64,000 nt of DNA, from NCBI GenBank assembly GCA_965215595.1, contig CBDCDW010000005.1, forward strand, positions 235,316-299,315, given 5' to 3'. The translations under genes and the position numbers were made by a program. The notes beneath the pieces were generated by a model. That model saw only the letters and a program-made list of their open reading frames with translations, was not told the origin of the DNA and did not search any database. Below are positions 15,830 through 24,586 of this stretch, piece after piece (position 1 is the stretch's first letter; each line of letters starts with the position of its first letter). Source of the DNA: an uncultured Candidatus Binatia bacterium. GTDB lineage: Bacteria > Desulfobacterota > Binatia > UBA9968 > CAXXLF01.

Positions 15830-18800
15830 TCATGCTGACAGTACGTTTTTATGACGTAGCGCCCGCTCAAGCGCGGGTTTCATCTTCATCTCACGGAACT
15901 CGCTGATGGCGAAGTCCAGGTGCTCTCGCGCCTGAGCTTTTTCCTCTGATGTCCCCTGGAGAAGTAACTCGGCGAGTTGAAGCCGAGTGAGGGCGATCTC
16001 GGGACGATATTGGATGGACGTGGCCCAGGCGAGCGCACGCTCATACTCCGCTTGCGCGTCCTCGCGATCCCCCAGCAGCGCCGCGGCCCCACCAAGCTGC
16101 CGCGCGACATTGAAGACTACGAGGTCGTGTAGCCCGATGGCTACGAGCCCCTGGAGCTGCTCCCTGGCGAACGTTGCGGTTTCTCTGTCGCCGACCACCA
16201 CGGCGACTTCTAAGAGGGTAGCCAGGTGGAAGGTACCTGCCTCCCCCGCTGCCGCCTGCGGTCGCAAATTGGCCAAGCTCCTCTGCGCCCCCATCAAGGC
16301 TTCCGCGCTCCGACCTTGGTGGGCGTCTTTAAGGATTTGCACCACCGCAAATGCCCCTCTTGCGGCTAAAACTCTTTCCCTGATGGGGCTTGCATCCTCG
16401 TGTCCGAGATAAAGCAGCGGCTGGAAACTCAACCATTCAGCCGAAAGCTCTCCAGCTCTCGGGATTCCCAGCTCGATCGCCTGGCTTTTGAGCCGTGCAG
16501 CGACCTCGACGCTACTTTCTAGTTCCCCGCTCAGGGTGGCTCGAACCGCTTCGAGCTGGAGCGGCCAGAGTAGAGCAACCACGTCACGAGTATGATTGGC
16601 CAGCTCGCTCAGCTCCCGCCAGACCTGCTCTGTTCGAGCTCGGTCCCCGGCTGCTAAGAATAGCGTCTGAGCCCGCTGCAACACCAGAGCCAGCGTGGTC
16701 GTTCGAACCCGGTGACGGGGCCGGTCGGTGATCTCGTATGCCATGTGCCGCTGCTCCTGCTGATACTGCGGAGGCCAACCCATAAACATCATCGAGGCGG
16801 CCGCCCGGAAAAGCACCTCCGGATCGTCGAGCCGCCGCGCCAGCTCCAGAGCCCGGAGTACCAGTGCATTTGCAACGCCGTGCTTCCCTCGAGGACGGCG
16901 CACTGACGCTAAGATACAGTCGGCGTAAACGCGGGAGCGTGAGTTGGGTGCCGCGTACCGGTCCAAGCTCTCTGCCCAGTTCAGATAGATATCTGTTAAG
17001 ACCATGTAGGGCCCACCGTGACGGTGGAGCGCATCGACCGCCAGCTCGCAAGCCCGGCTAGCCCGAATGTCGTCGCCGAGGAATTCAGCCAGCCGTAGCG
17101 CCTCCGTGGCAACCTGTTCAGCTGCCCTTTGGGGCTCGCCGGCAGGACCAATGGCCTCCCCTAGCGCCAGCAAGAGGTCGCAACGCTTCGCCTTGTTATC
17201 CGGGTCGAGGACTTCCTGAGTGCGGAGTGCTTGCTCAAGGCGTCGCGCCGCCTCGCCATAGGCAAAGACCTGCATGGCTTGTTTCGCCGCCATCTCCGAG
17301 TAACTCAGAGCCTTTTCCAAGTCGCCGCGCTCCGTGCTCTGGATGAAATGCTCCGTCAGCTCCGCCGCGTGCTCGTCCAATCGCTGACTATAGACCTCCT
17401 CCAGGGTCTTGCCCACTTGTTGATGGAGGCGAATCCGCCGTGGGACAAAGATCTCTTCGTAGAGAGTTTGGCGAAAAAACGCATGGGTGAAACGAAATCC
17501 CACCGTCCCCACAGCCTGGCGTTGCTCGATCACAGCTCGCCCAGTCGCCTCCTCCAATGCCCCGTACAGCTCCTCTTCCGGCAAACCGGCCACTTGTTCG
17601 AGAACGTCCAGGCGGAACTCCCGCCCGATGACCGCCGCAACAGACAGAATCTGGTTGGCCTTCTCGGTGAGTCGACTCAGGCGCTTGCCGACCACATCTC
17701 GCAGACCCTCGGGAATCCCCGCTTCCGAGTCGGCGAGCAAGTACCGCCCGCTCTCACGGACGACAATCCCTTCCTCCACCAGGTAGCGTAGCACCTCATG
17801 GACGAACAAAGGATTGCCCTCCGTCTGGCGGTGGATCGCCTCTGCCCCACTCCAGGGCACGTCCTGCCCACGGACGATGGACATCATCCGCTGCACTTCC
17901 TCAACCGTGAGGCCGCGCGGTGATACGCGCAGGAAGCTCCCCGCCCGCCGCAACTCGGCGAGGGCACTGGACAGCGGATGGGCGCGATCTACCTCGACGT
18001 CTCGGTAGGTGCCAACGATGAGCAGATGGGTCCCCTGGAGATTGTGGGAGATGTGGAGGAGGAGGTCGAGGGTGCCACGGTCGGCATCGTGCAAATCCTC
18101 GAGAACAACCAGCAACGGTTGAACCATCGACGCATTGCGTAGGAATTCACTCACAGCTTGCAAAAGTCGCCAGCGGTCGTCCTCAGGATCGCCCGGCGGT
18201 CGCACTTCGACCCGCAAACGGTCTTGGATCTCCGAGACTAGCCGCGCCACGTCGGCGGCCCCGCTGCCCAGATCCCGGCGCAGGTCATCTGACTCTTGCG
18301 TGAGGACGTACGAACGCATTGCCTCCACGAAGGGCAGATAGGGCAAAGATAGTGAGCCTTCCTCATAGCAGTGTCCAACGAGAGCCATGCCACCCCGTTG
18401 CGTGACGTAGGTGACGAGCTGCTCGCAGAGCGAAGTCTTGCCGATGCCAGGTTCGCCGACGACCATCGCCAGCGATCCCTGATAGGACAGGGTAGCATCA
18501 AAGGCCCCCTGGAGCTGACGTAGTTCCCGCTCGCGCCCGACGAACGTACGGCCGTAGAGCGAGTCGTTCACGCCTAACCTTGCGGTCTCCTTCCCCGCGA
18601 CGGAGAGCGGAGTCGGCTCAACAGTACCGGCATTGAGCTTCTCTTCCGGTAGCGTGACTTTTTCCGGCAGCTCCACTGTTGGCGGCTGCCGCCTTGGAAC
18701 TTCGACTTTCTTCTGTGGCTTGGCCAATGCCGTCCCCTGATCCAAAACCGCCCGATAGGCACGAATTGGCTCCGCAATGTTCTTGACCTGCTGCGGGCCA

Positions 18801-19249
18801 AGGTCCTCAAAGTTAACAGATACCTTTCCCTTGATATGCTCAAATACCGTCCCCGATATGCATATGCCACCAGGTTCCGCTAATCCCTCCATCCGTGCTG
18901 CGATGTTCACCCCATCACCGTAAATCCGCTCCCCTTCCACGATCACATCACCAAGGTTAATCCCTATACGAAACTCCATGCTGCGGTTCTCTGGCAAATT
19001 GGCGTTCTCTGCCCTGAGCGTAGATTGGACTACGGCGGCACATTTCACCGCATCTACCACGCTGCCAAACTCCGCCAACAGGTTATCTCCAGGGGAGTCC
19101 ACTACTCTGCCCCGATTGCGCGGGATGAGAAACGTCATCACTTGTCGGTGAGAGGTCAATGTGCGAATGGTCGCCTCCTCATCCTCCCCCATTAGTCGAC
19201 TGTAACCTTCGACATCCGCACTAAGAATGGCAGTGAGTTTGCGTTCCAT
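15830..19249 (-). CDS. Large tripartite signalling protein: N-terminal class III nucleotidyl cyclase domain - central P-loop NTPase (AAA/NB-ARC-like, GEPGIGKTSL) - C-terminal TPR-like helical repeats; no HTH
   Basis: N-terminus MERKLTAILSADVEGYSRLMGEDEEATI...SPGDNLLAEF...FRIGINLGDVIVEGERIYGDGVNIAARM is paralogous to the cyclase at 8170. Walker A VGEPGIGKTSLCEQL and a Walker B-like LLVVLEDLHDAD follow. About 600 aa of Ala/Leu-rich repeats make up the C-terminal half. The gene is high-GC. Confidence 0.8.
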   Translation of the reverse strand: MERKLTAILSADVEGYSRLMGEDEEATIRTLTSHRQVMTFLIPRNRGRVVDSPGDNLLAEFGSVVDAVKCAAVVQSTLRAENANLPENRSMEFRIGINLGDVIVEGERIYGDGVNIAARMEGLAEPGGICISGTVFEHIKGKVSVNFEDLGPQQVKNIAEPIRAYRAVLDQGTALAKPQKKVEVPRRQPPTVELPEKVTLPEEKLNAGTVEPTPLSVAGKETARLGVNDSLYGRTFVGRERELRQLQGAFDATLSYQGSLAMVVGEPGIGKTSLCEQLVTYVTQRGGMALVGHCYEEGSLSLPYLPFVEAMRSYVLTQESDDLRRDLGSGAADVARLVSEIQDRLRVEVRPPGDPEDDRWRLLQAVSEFLRNASMVQPLLVVLEDLHDADRGTLDLLLHISHNLQGTHLLIVGTYRDVEVDRAHPLSSALAELRRAGSFLRVSPRGLTVEEVQRMMSIVRGQDVPWSGAEAIHRQTEGNPLFVHEVLRYLVEEGIVVRESGRYLLADSEAGIPEGLRDVVGKRLSRLTEKANQILSVAAVIGREFRLDVLEQVAGLPEEELYGALEEATGRAVIEQRQAVGTVGFRFTHAFFRQTLYEEIFVPRRIRLHQQVGKTLEEVYSQRLDEHAAELTEHFIQSTERGDLEKALSYSEMAAKQAMQVFAYGEAARRLEQALRTQEVLDPDNKAKRCDLLLALGEAIGPAGEPQRAAEQVATEALRLAEFLGDDIRASRACELAVDALHRHGGPYMVLTDIYLNWAESLDRYAAPNSRSRVYADCILASVRRPRGKHGVANALVLRALELARRLDDPEVLFRAAASMMFMGWPPQYQQEQRHMAYEITDRPRHRVRTTTLALVLQRAQTLFLAAGDRARTEQVWRELSELANHTRDVVALLWPLQLEAVRATLSGELESSVEVAARLKSQAIELGIPRAGELSAEWLSFQPLLYLGHEDASPIRERVLAARGAFAVVQILKDAHQGRSAEALMGAQRSLANLRPQAAAGEAGTFHLATLLEVAVVVGDRETATFAREQLQGLVAIGLHDLVVFNVARQLGGAAALLGDREDAQAEYERALAWATSIQYRPEIALTRLQLAELLLQGTSEEKAQAREHLDFAISEFREMKMKPALERALRHKNVLSA

Positions 19250-19555
19250 ATTTGGGACTCAATCGGACTGAAACTAAGAAAACAAAATTACGGAGAAACA
19301 GGATTTCTCAACGCAAAAAGTAAGTCAGTTTTTCCGTTAAGTAGAAATGATGATATGATTTGTCTTTTCAGCATAGCTTTATCCTCCTCTATATTTGTTG
19401 ATCAGCGGAGATCTAAACGCTAGTTATTTATCCTTTGCCCGCTCTCCCAAAGCGTCGTTGATCACTCAAACGTATGGCTTAAGCTCCCTGCCATCCGGGT
19501 CAAATTTTTAAGCTGGCTATTCTGCAACCGATATCCAGCACTTGTCAAGGTTCGG

Positions 19556-19810
19556 ATGGAGCCGCCGCTGCTTGCGCGCACAGTAGCCTGCTACTTTTGG
19601 TCCAGAGACTATCGGTGTACCTTGGCGGGAGATCCTATTCCACCTTAAGATACAATTCAACGCCGCTTTAATTGAGTCTTACGGCCGTTGGAAAAGAAAA
19701 GGCGGCCCGATATGGACCGCCTTTTCTTTAGGGAGTAAGGATTGTGTCTGGATGGCTTTAGCTTACAAGATTACTGATGTTCTTTTGTTCGGCAACAACT
19801 CCAATGCCCG
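19556..19810. repeat. Tandem duplication, first copy of the ~250-bp overlap (unit length 947 bp; second partial unit at 20503-20750)
   Basis: ggagccgccgctgcttgcgcgcaca...ggcggcccgatatggaccgccttttcttta...atggctttagcttacaagattactgatgt is repeated 947 bp downstream with ~95% identity. It includes the start of the transposase ORF. Confidence 0.85.
19625..19690. repeat. Short dispersed repeat, copy C (again at 20572-20637 inside the tandem duplication)
   Basis: gggagatcctattccaccttaagatacaattcaacgccgctttaattgagtcttac shares the aagat...ttNaacgNcgctttaattgag core. Confidence 0.45.
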
Positions 19811-20507
19811 GGATCTGGATAAAGAGGTTAAGTTTTACCATAGACGTCCCCTGCAGTACCGCTATCAGTTCTTTGATGGGGTGGTGTTAAAGAGCAAGGG
19901 GGTTACAGAAAAAGATATTACTTTGTGCCTTCGGGATCCTGATGGGAAGGGGATCGATTTCTATGCGGCCCCAACTGAATCTGAAGCCTGCTCGTTGTTA
20001 AGGGACCTGTATCTAGAGGGGGGGTGTTGTGAGCTGATTGTGACCGATGGGGGAACGGGGCTGCATGGAGCCTTACAGATTGTCTATCCTAAGATCCTCG
20101 CCCAACGCTGCTGGGCCCATAAGACAAGAAACGTGTTGGACAAGGTAAAAAGGGCCGATCAACCAGCGGTCAAAAAAGCTCTAAATCGTATCAGTCATGC
20201 CCCTAATTATAGAAAAGCTACGGAAGCTTACTGGCGGTTTGGTTCACGCTGGAGGAAGGCTTATCCAAGGGCTGTGGCCTGTTTGGAAAAGGATCTCGAT
20301 CAAACTTCTTTCAGATCAAGCGGCCTGAAGCCGCTTGGAACCACCAACCTCATAGAAAGATCGTTCCGGGAAGTCAGGCGCAGGACTCGCCCTATGGGGG
20401 TGATGGCAAATACCCAAAGCATACAAAGAATCGTTTTTTCTGTCTTTCATCACTTGAACCAAAATTGGAGTGAGAATGCCCCTAAGAAATTTACACACAA
20501 GTCTTGA
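19752..20507 (+). CDS. IS256 (Mutator)-family transposase, C-terminal ~250 aa only (N-terminal ~120-150 aa missing)
   Basis: QRCWAHKTRNVLDKVKRADQPAVKKAL is the IS256-family C-terminal signature. FFDGVVLKSKG and LIVTDGGTGL match the DDE-region blocks of IS256 transposases. The ORF is too short for an intact enzyme. Confidence 0.6.
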   Translation: MALAYKITDVLLFGNNSNARDLDKEVKFYHRRPLQYRYQFFDGVVLKSKGVTEKDITLCLRDPDGKGIDFYAAPTESEACSLLRDLYLEGGCCELIVTDGGTGLHGALQIVYPKILAQRCWAHKTRNVLDKVKRADQPAVKKALNRISHAPNYRKATEAYWRFGSRWRKAYPRAVACLEKDLDQTSFRSSGLKPLGTTNLIERSFREVRRRTRPMGVMANTQSIQRIVFSVFHHLNQNWSENAPKKFTHKS

Positions 20508-20750
20508 CGATGGAGCCGCCGCTGCTTGCGCGCACATAGCCTGCTACTTTTGGTCCAGAGACTATCGGGTACCTTGGCGGGAGATCCTATTCCACCTTAA
20601 GATACAATTCAACGCCGCTTTAATTGAGTCTTACGGCCGTTGGAAAAGAAAAGGCGGCCCGATATGGACCGCCTTTTCTTTAAGTAAGGATTGTGTCTAT
20701 GGCTTTAGCTTACAAGATTACTGATGTCTTTTGTTGCAACAACTAATCCG
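20503..20750. repeat. Tandem duplication, second (partial) unit; truncated where the IS3 element begins
   Basis: See 19556-19810. Confidence 0.85.
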
Positions 20751-20806
20751 TGCCTGGACTGACCCCCTGCAGTTGGACAGTTTGAGGGAGCAGGTTAGAA
20801 TGCCTG

Positions 20807-21223
20807 ATGGGAAGGGGAAAGGATCTCATCATGGCAGAGAGAAGAAGGTTTACAGCGAATTTCAAGCGGCAGGTAGTGGAGGAACTCCTCAGTGAGAGCT
20901 CCACGTTGGCCCAACTGAGCCGCCGCTACGACATCTCCTCAGGCTCCACGTTGGCCCAACTGAGCCGCCGCTACGACATCTCCTCAGGACTTATTCGACA
21001 TTGGACGAAGCGCTACGAACAAGGGGGCCTGGTGGAGGGCCCCTCTCTGCCAGAGAAGGAACTTCGAGCGCGCAATGCGGAGTTGGAGCGGATGGTGGGC
21101 AGACTCACCATGGAGAATGATCTTTTAAAAAAAGCCGTAGAGTACACACTGCGGCGGAGAAAAGAGAATTCGTCACCCATCACGGCCAAGAGTTTGGCAG
21201 CATCCATAGGGGGTGTGAAGTGA
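20807..21223 (+). CDS. IS3-family transposase OrfA (HTH + leucine zipper)
   Basis: See the element entry. It contains a 45-bp in-frame tandem duplication (SSTLAQLSRRYDISSG twice). Confidence 0.7.
   Translation: MGRGKDLIMAERRRFTANFKRQVVEELLSESSTLAQLSRRYDISSGSTLAQLSRRYDISSGLIRHWTKRYEQGGLVEGPSLPEKELRARNAELERMVGRLTMENDLLKKAVEYTLRRRKENSSPITAKSLAASIGGVK
20899..20988. repeat. Perfect 45-bp tandem duplication inside IS3 orfA
   Basis: ctccacgttggcccaactgagccgccgctacgacatctcctcagg occurs twice, back to back. Confidence 0.85.
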
Positions 21224-22038
21224 TGGGGATAGCGCGCAGCACTTTTTATTACCGAACCCGGGAGCCTTCTATGCTCCACGAGATTGAGGAGGCGGACTTA
21301 CGGGACCGGATTGAGCAGGTAGTGGAGGAGTATCTGCGTTACGGCTACCGGCGAGTCACCCATCATCTGAGGCGCGAGGGCTTTAAGGTTAATCACAAGC
21401 GGGTGTCGAGAATCATGCGGGAGGAATCATTGCAATGCCAGGTCAAGCGGCACTGGGTGAAGACCACTGACAGTGATCATCCCTACCGGGTCTATCCGAA
21501 CCTCCTTAAGGGACTAAGGGCCACAAGACCTAACCAGGCATGGGTGGCCGATATCACCTACATCCGGATCCTCACGGGGTTTTTGTACTTGGCGGTGATC
21601 TTGGATCTGTTCTCACGTAAGGTTATTGGGTGGGCGCTTTCTAAATCGATCGATACCGAGATGACTTTAATGGCTCTGCGGATGGCTTTAGTGGAGAGAA
21701 GGCCGCCCTGGGGTTGTATCCATCATTCAGATCGCGGAGTGCAGTACGCCGCCCATGCTTATGTGGAGGAGTTGCGGGCAGCGGGGATCTTAATCAGCAT
21801 GGCCCGCAAGGGCAATCCCTATGACAATGCGACAGCGGAGAGCTTCATGAAGACGCTCAAGCATGAAGAAGTCTACCTGTGGGAGTACAGGACGGCGCAG
21901 GATGTGAAGCAAAGGGTTCCTTATTTTCTGGAGGAAGTCTATAACCAGAAGCGGTTGCACTCGGCTTTGGGGTACTGTCCACCGAATGAGTTTGAGCAGG
22001 CCTGGCAGATGAAAGCCGAGGTGGTGTGTGAGGCCTGA
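21220..22038 (+). CDS. IS3-family transposase OrfB (DDE integrase core)
   Basis: rve-domain motifs: WVADITYI, HSDRGVQY, NPYDNATAESFMKTLKHE. Confidence 0.75.
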   Translation: MMGIARSTFYYRTREPSMLHEIEEADLRDRIEQVVEEYLRYGYRRVTHHLRREGFKVNHKRVSRIMREESLQCQVKRHWVKTTDSDHPYRVYPNLLKGLRATRPNQAWVADITYIRILTGFLYLAVILDLFSRKVIGWALSKSIDTEMTLMALRMALVERRPPWGCIHHSDRGVQYAAHAYVEELRAAGILISMARKGNPYDNATAESFMKTLKHEEVYLWEYRTAQDVKQRVPYFLEEVYNQKRLHSALGYCPPNEFEQAWQMKAEVVCEA

Positions 22039-22326
22039 AGGGGGGGGGTACTGAGATATCTACCCGGTGTGAGATCGTCGTTTCTAGGGCAATTGTGAAA
22101 GCCGTTTTGACCGGCCACCAAGACAAGAGGCATAGGGAAGGGCATAGATCACAGAACTCACAATGTGGACTCTTGCAAACAGGAAGGGAACAGCATAATT
22201 AATTCAACCACCCTGGAGGGCATTCTAATTTCAGCCCAGTGACTGTCCAACCAATGGGGTTCACTCCATTGATCGTGTTTGGGACCATGAGATGTACTTC
22301 TGCTGCATACTTCCAGTAGATCGATC

Positions 22327-23346
22327 TCACTTGATCACCCGATCCGCCCGCGCAAGAAACTGGGGCGAGAAGGTAAGGCCGATCTTCTTGGCTGTCTTTA
22401 GATTGATCACTAGATTGAACTTGGTGGGTTGCTCGATGGGAAGATCTGCCGGCTTCGCGCCCCTGAGTATTTTGTCTACGTAAGTGGCTACTCTGCGGTA
22501 CAAGTCAGGACGGTTCGTCCCGTAGGACATTAGCCCACCAGCCTTCACATTTCGACTCCGAGTGTATATCGTAGGCAGCCGTTTCTTGGTTGTGAACTCA
22601 ATGAACCGAGCTCGATGACGTATCATGAGACCGGCTGTTGTAACTAAAAGTCCATCAAGGCCCTCTCGCCTGATTGTAGAGAAGGCGCTCTCCAGCTCGT
22701 CCAAACGTGTTCCGACATCCAGCAATTGGACCTGGATGCCCAAAGATCGTCCCACAGCTTCGGTTTCTTTTACCCAAGGTTCCGGTTGGGTTCTATGCCT
22801 ATGCCAGAGGATTGCCACACGGGAGGTTCGCGGGAACGCCTCCTTGAGTAGCTCCAGCCTTTTTGGGTGTAACTTCGTAGAAAGGTTAGTCATCCCCGTA
22901 ATGTTGCCACCTGGCCTAGCGAGGCTGACAACAAATCCAGCCTTAACAGGATCAGCACTGACGCCTGCCATGACGATGGGGATTGTACTGGTTGAGTGTT
23001 ACGCAGCACGGATCGCTGGCCGCGCTGACGAGGTGACAATGACATCCACCTTTCGCCGTACAAATTCGGCAGCTATGTGGGGGAGCCGTTCGCGCTTACC
23101 TTCTGCCCAACGGTACTGAAGAACAAGGTTCTGTCCTTCAACATACCCGAGCTCTCGCAGCCGTTGCCGGAAGGCAATGAATTGTGGCGAGGGTTTCAAT
23201 TTGTTCTTACGCTGGCTTCCAGGTCCACCTATACCTAGCCATCCTACCCGATAGACCTTTTCCGCCTGCTGCGCCTCGACTAGGGAAACAGTAAGCAGAA
23301 GGACAATAAGCAGTAGGCAGAAAAAGACGAAGATTCTTCTGATCAT
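22327..23346 (-). pseudogene. PF04392-type ABC-transporter-associated substrate-binding protein, paralogue 1, interrupted by an in-frame TAA (complement of 22999-23001)
   Basis: ORF 22999..23346 (signal peptide; KVYRVGWLGIG...VDVIVTSSARPAIRAA*) and ORF 22327..22971 (HSTSTIPIVM-AGVSADPVKAGFVVSLARPGGNITG...) are in the same frame. The TAA sits where the paralogues have K/E (AAKRATSTIPIVM; AKEATSTIPIVM). Confidence 0.55.
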
Positions 23347-23398
23347 GCGCCTTCCTCCCGGTCTTTTCTGACCTCTGATTTCTGATCTCTGACCTCTA

Positions 23399-24421
23399 TC
23401 ATCTTATGACCTTGTCCGCCCGGTACAGAATGGACGGTGGTATCGTAAGGCCAAGTTGCATCGCCGTCTTGAGGTTGATGATCAAGTCGAACTTTGTGGG
23501 TCGTTCCACAGGCAACTCTGCGGGCTTAGCACCTTTCAGGATCTTGTCTACGTATGTGGCGGCGCGCCAAGTTGCATCGCCGTCCAGGTTGTTGATCAAG
23601 TCGAACTTTGTGGGTCGTTCCACAGGCAACTCCGGGCTTAGCACCTTTAGGATCTTGTCTACGTAAGCGGCCGCCGTCCATGCTGAAGTTCGTACATAAT
23701 CTATTGGCTTGTTGTATATCACCGGGAGCCGGCTTTTTACCGCGAGTTCTGCAACCTGTGTTCGGTTAGAATTGTAGTTGGGGTTCGGCACCAGCCAGAG
23801 TGCTGCCTCCGCATACCTCTTGCTTGCCTCACGGAATGCTGGCTCTATATCCATGGGACCTTGCACGTCGAGGAATTGAAGCTTTAGCCCCAACGCCCCT
23901 GCGGCGAGTTTGATCTCTTTTCTCATACTCGCGCTCGTCCGGCTGGTTGAAGACCAGAAGGCGGCCACGCGGGAGAGCCTGGGAACGATCTCCTTCAGAA
24001 GCTCCAATTGTTTTGTGCTTAGCTCCGGGGCAAGTCTGGACAGTCCCGTAATGTTCCCGCCAGGCCGTGCAAGGCTGGCGACGTGTCCGTTTCCAACAGG
24101 GTCGCGATCCTGGGTCATCACAATGGGAATCGTAGAAGTTGCTTCCTTGGCATGACGGGTCGCTCCCCCGCCCCCTGTGACGATGACGTCTACCTTGAGA
24201 CGCACTAACTCGGCCGCGACCACGCGGTAGTGACTGCGTTTCGCCTTACGACCGCGTTTTACCCTGCCAGATCGCAACTCAATGACAATGTTTTTTCCCT
24301 CGACGTAGCCGAGGTCGCGCATAGCTTGGCGGAATGCCTCGATGCGGTGCGGGATACGGGCAACGTTACTGCTTAAGTACACTATCCTGGGGACTTTCCC
24401 AGTCTGCTGAGCCATAGCCAC
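23399..24421 (-). CDS. PF04392-type substrate-binding protein, paralogue 2 (internal ~117-bp tandem duplication; N-terminal signal peptide encoded in a different frame upstream)
   Basis: ASLARPGGNITG, TIPIVMTQDRDPV. The C-terminus has the duplicated block YVDKILK..PELPVERPTKFDLI.NL twice. Upstream of 24421 the hydrophobic h-region (WTGIVAFVVTFTLCGAVAMAQQ) is in-frame, but the positively charged n-region (MENTMRNKSLSENNLK...) lies in another frame, implying a frameshift around the A-runs at ~24465-24490. Confidence 0.5.
   Translation of the reverse strand: MAMAQQTGKVPRIVYLSSNVARIPHRIEAFRQAMRDLGYVEGKNIVIELRSGRVKRGRKAKRSHYRVVAAELVRLKVDVIVTGGGGATRHAKEATSTIPIVMTQDRDPVGNGHVASLARPGGNITGLSRLAPELSTKQLELLKEIVPRLSRVAAFWSSTSRTSASMRKEIKLAAGALGLKLQFLDVQGPMDIEPAFREASKRYAEAALWLVPNPNYNSNRTQVAELAVKSRLPVIYNKPIDYVRTSAWTAAAYVDKILKVLSPELPVERPTKFDLINNLDGDATWRAATYVDKILKGAKPAELPVERPTKFDLIINLKTAMQLGLTIPPSILYRADKVIR
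23451..23684. repeat. ~117-bp in-frame tandem duplication within paralogue 2
   Basis: ccaagttgcatcgccgtc..gttgatcaagtcgaactttgtgggtcgttccacaggcaactc...cttagcacctttcaggatcttgtctacgta appears twice in succession (23451 and 23566). Confidence 0.7.
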
Positions 24422-24586
24422 AGCCCCACACAGTGTGAATGTAACAACGAAGGCGACAATCCCCGTCCATTTTGGTCCGCGGGGCCGCTTTTTGATTTTA
24501 GATTATTCTCGGACAGAGACTTGTTGCGCATTGTGTTCTCCATTTTTCTTCTCCTTAATCAAAAATCCAAAATCGCCAATCCAAAA

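Larger units (their letters stand above)
20750..22075 (+). mobile_element. IS3-family insertion sequence (orfA + orfB; boundaries approximate)
   Basis: OrfA (20807..21223) is an HTH transposase of the IS3/IS911 type (MAERRRFTANFKRQVVEELL...). OrfB (21220..22038) is an rve-type DDE integrase (HSDRGVQYAA...YDNATAESF). The two overlap by ATGA, as in IS3 frameshift-fusion elements. Terminal IRs were not resolved by eye. Confidence 0.7.

Noticed and set aside
8170-19249. The two cyclase genes as a Pycsar/CBASS-type anti-phage cyclic-nucleotide system
   Set aside because: No cNMP-binding, TIR, TM-effector or other effector gene is adjacent to either cyclase. The 8170 cyclase is instead wired to a two-component/sigma-54 circuit. 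Only the general idea of a STAND-coupled cyclase is retained as a low-confidence speculation.
22999-23001. In-frame TAA codons (also 60635-60637) as evidence of stop-codon reassignment (alternative genetic code)
   Set aside because: Many clearly complete genes in the window end in TAA at the expected place (for example the cyclase at 9184-9186, the hypothetical at 4473-4475). TAA is therefore a functional stop here, and ordinary nonsense mutation or sequencing error is the parsimonious explanation.
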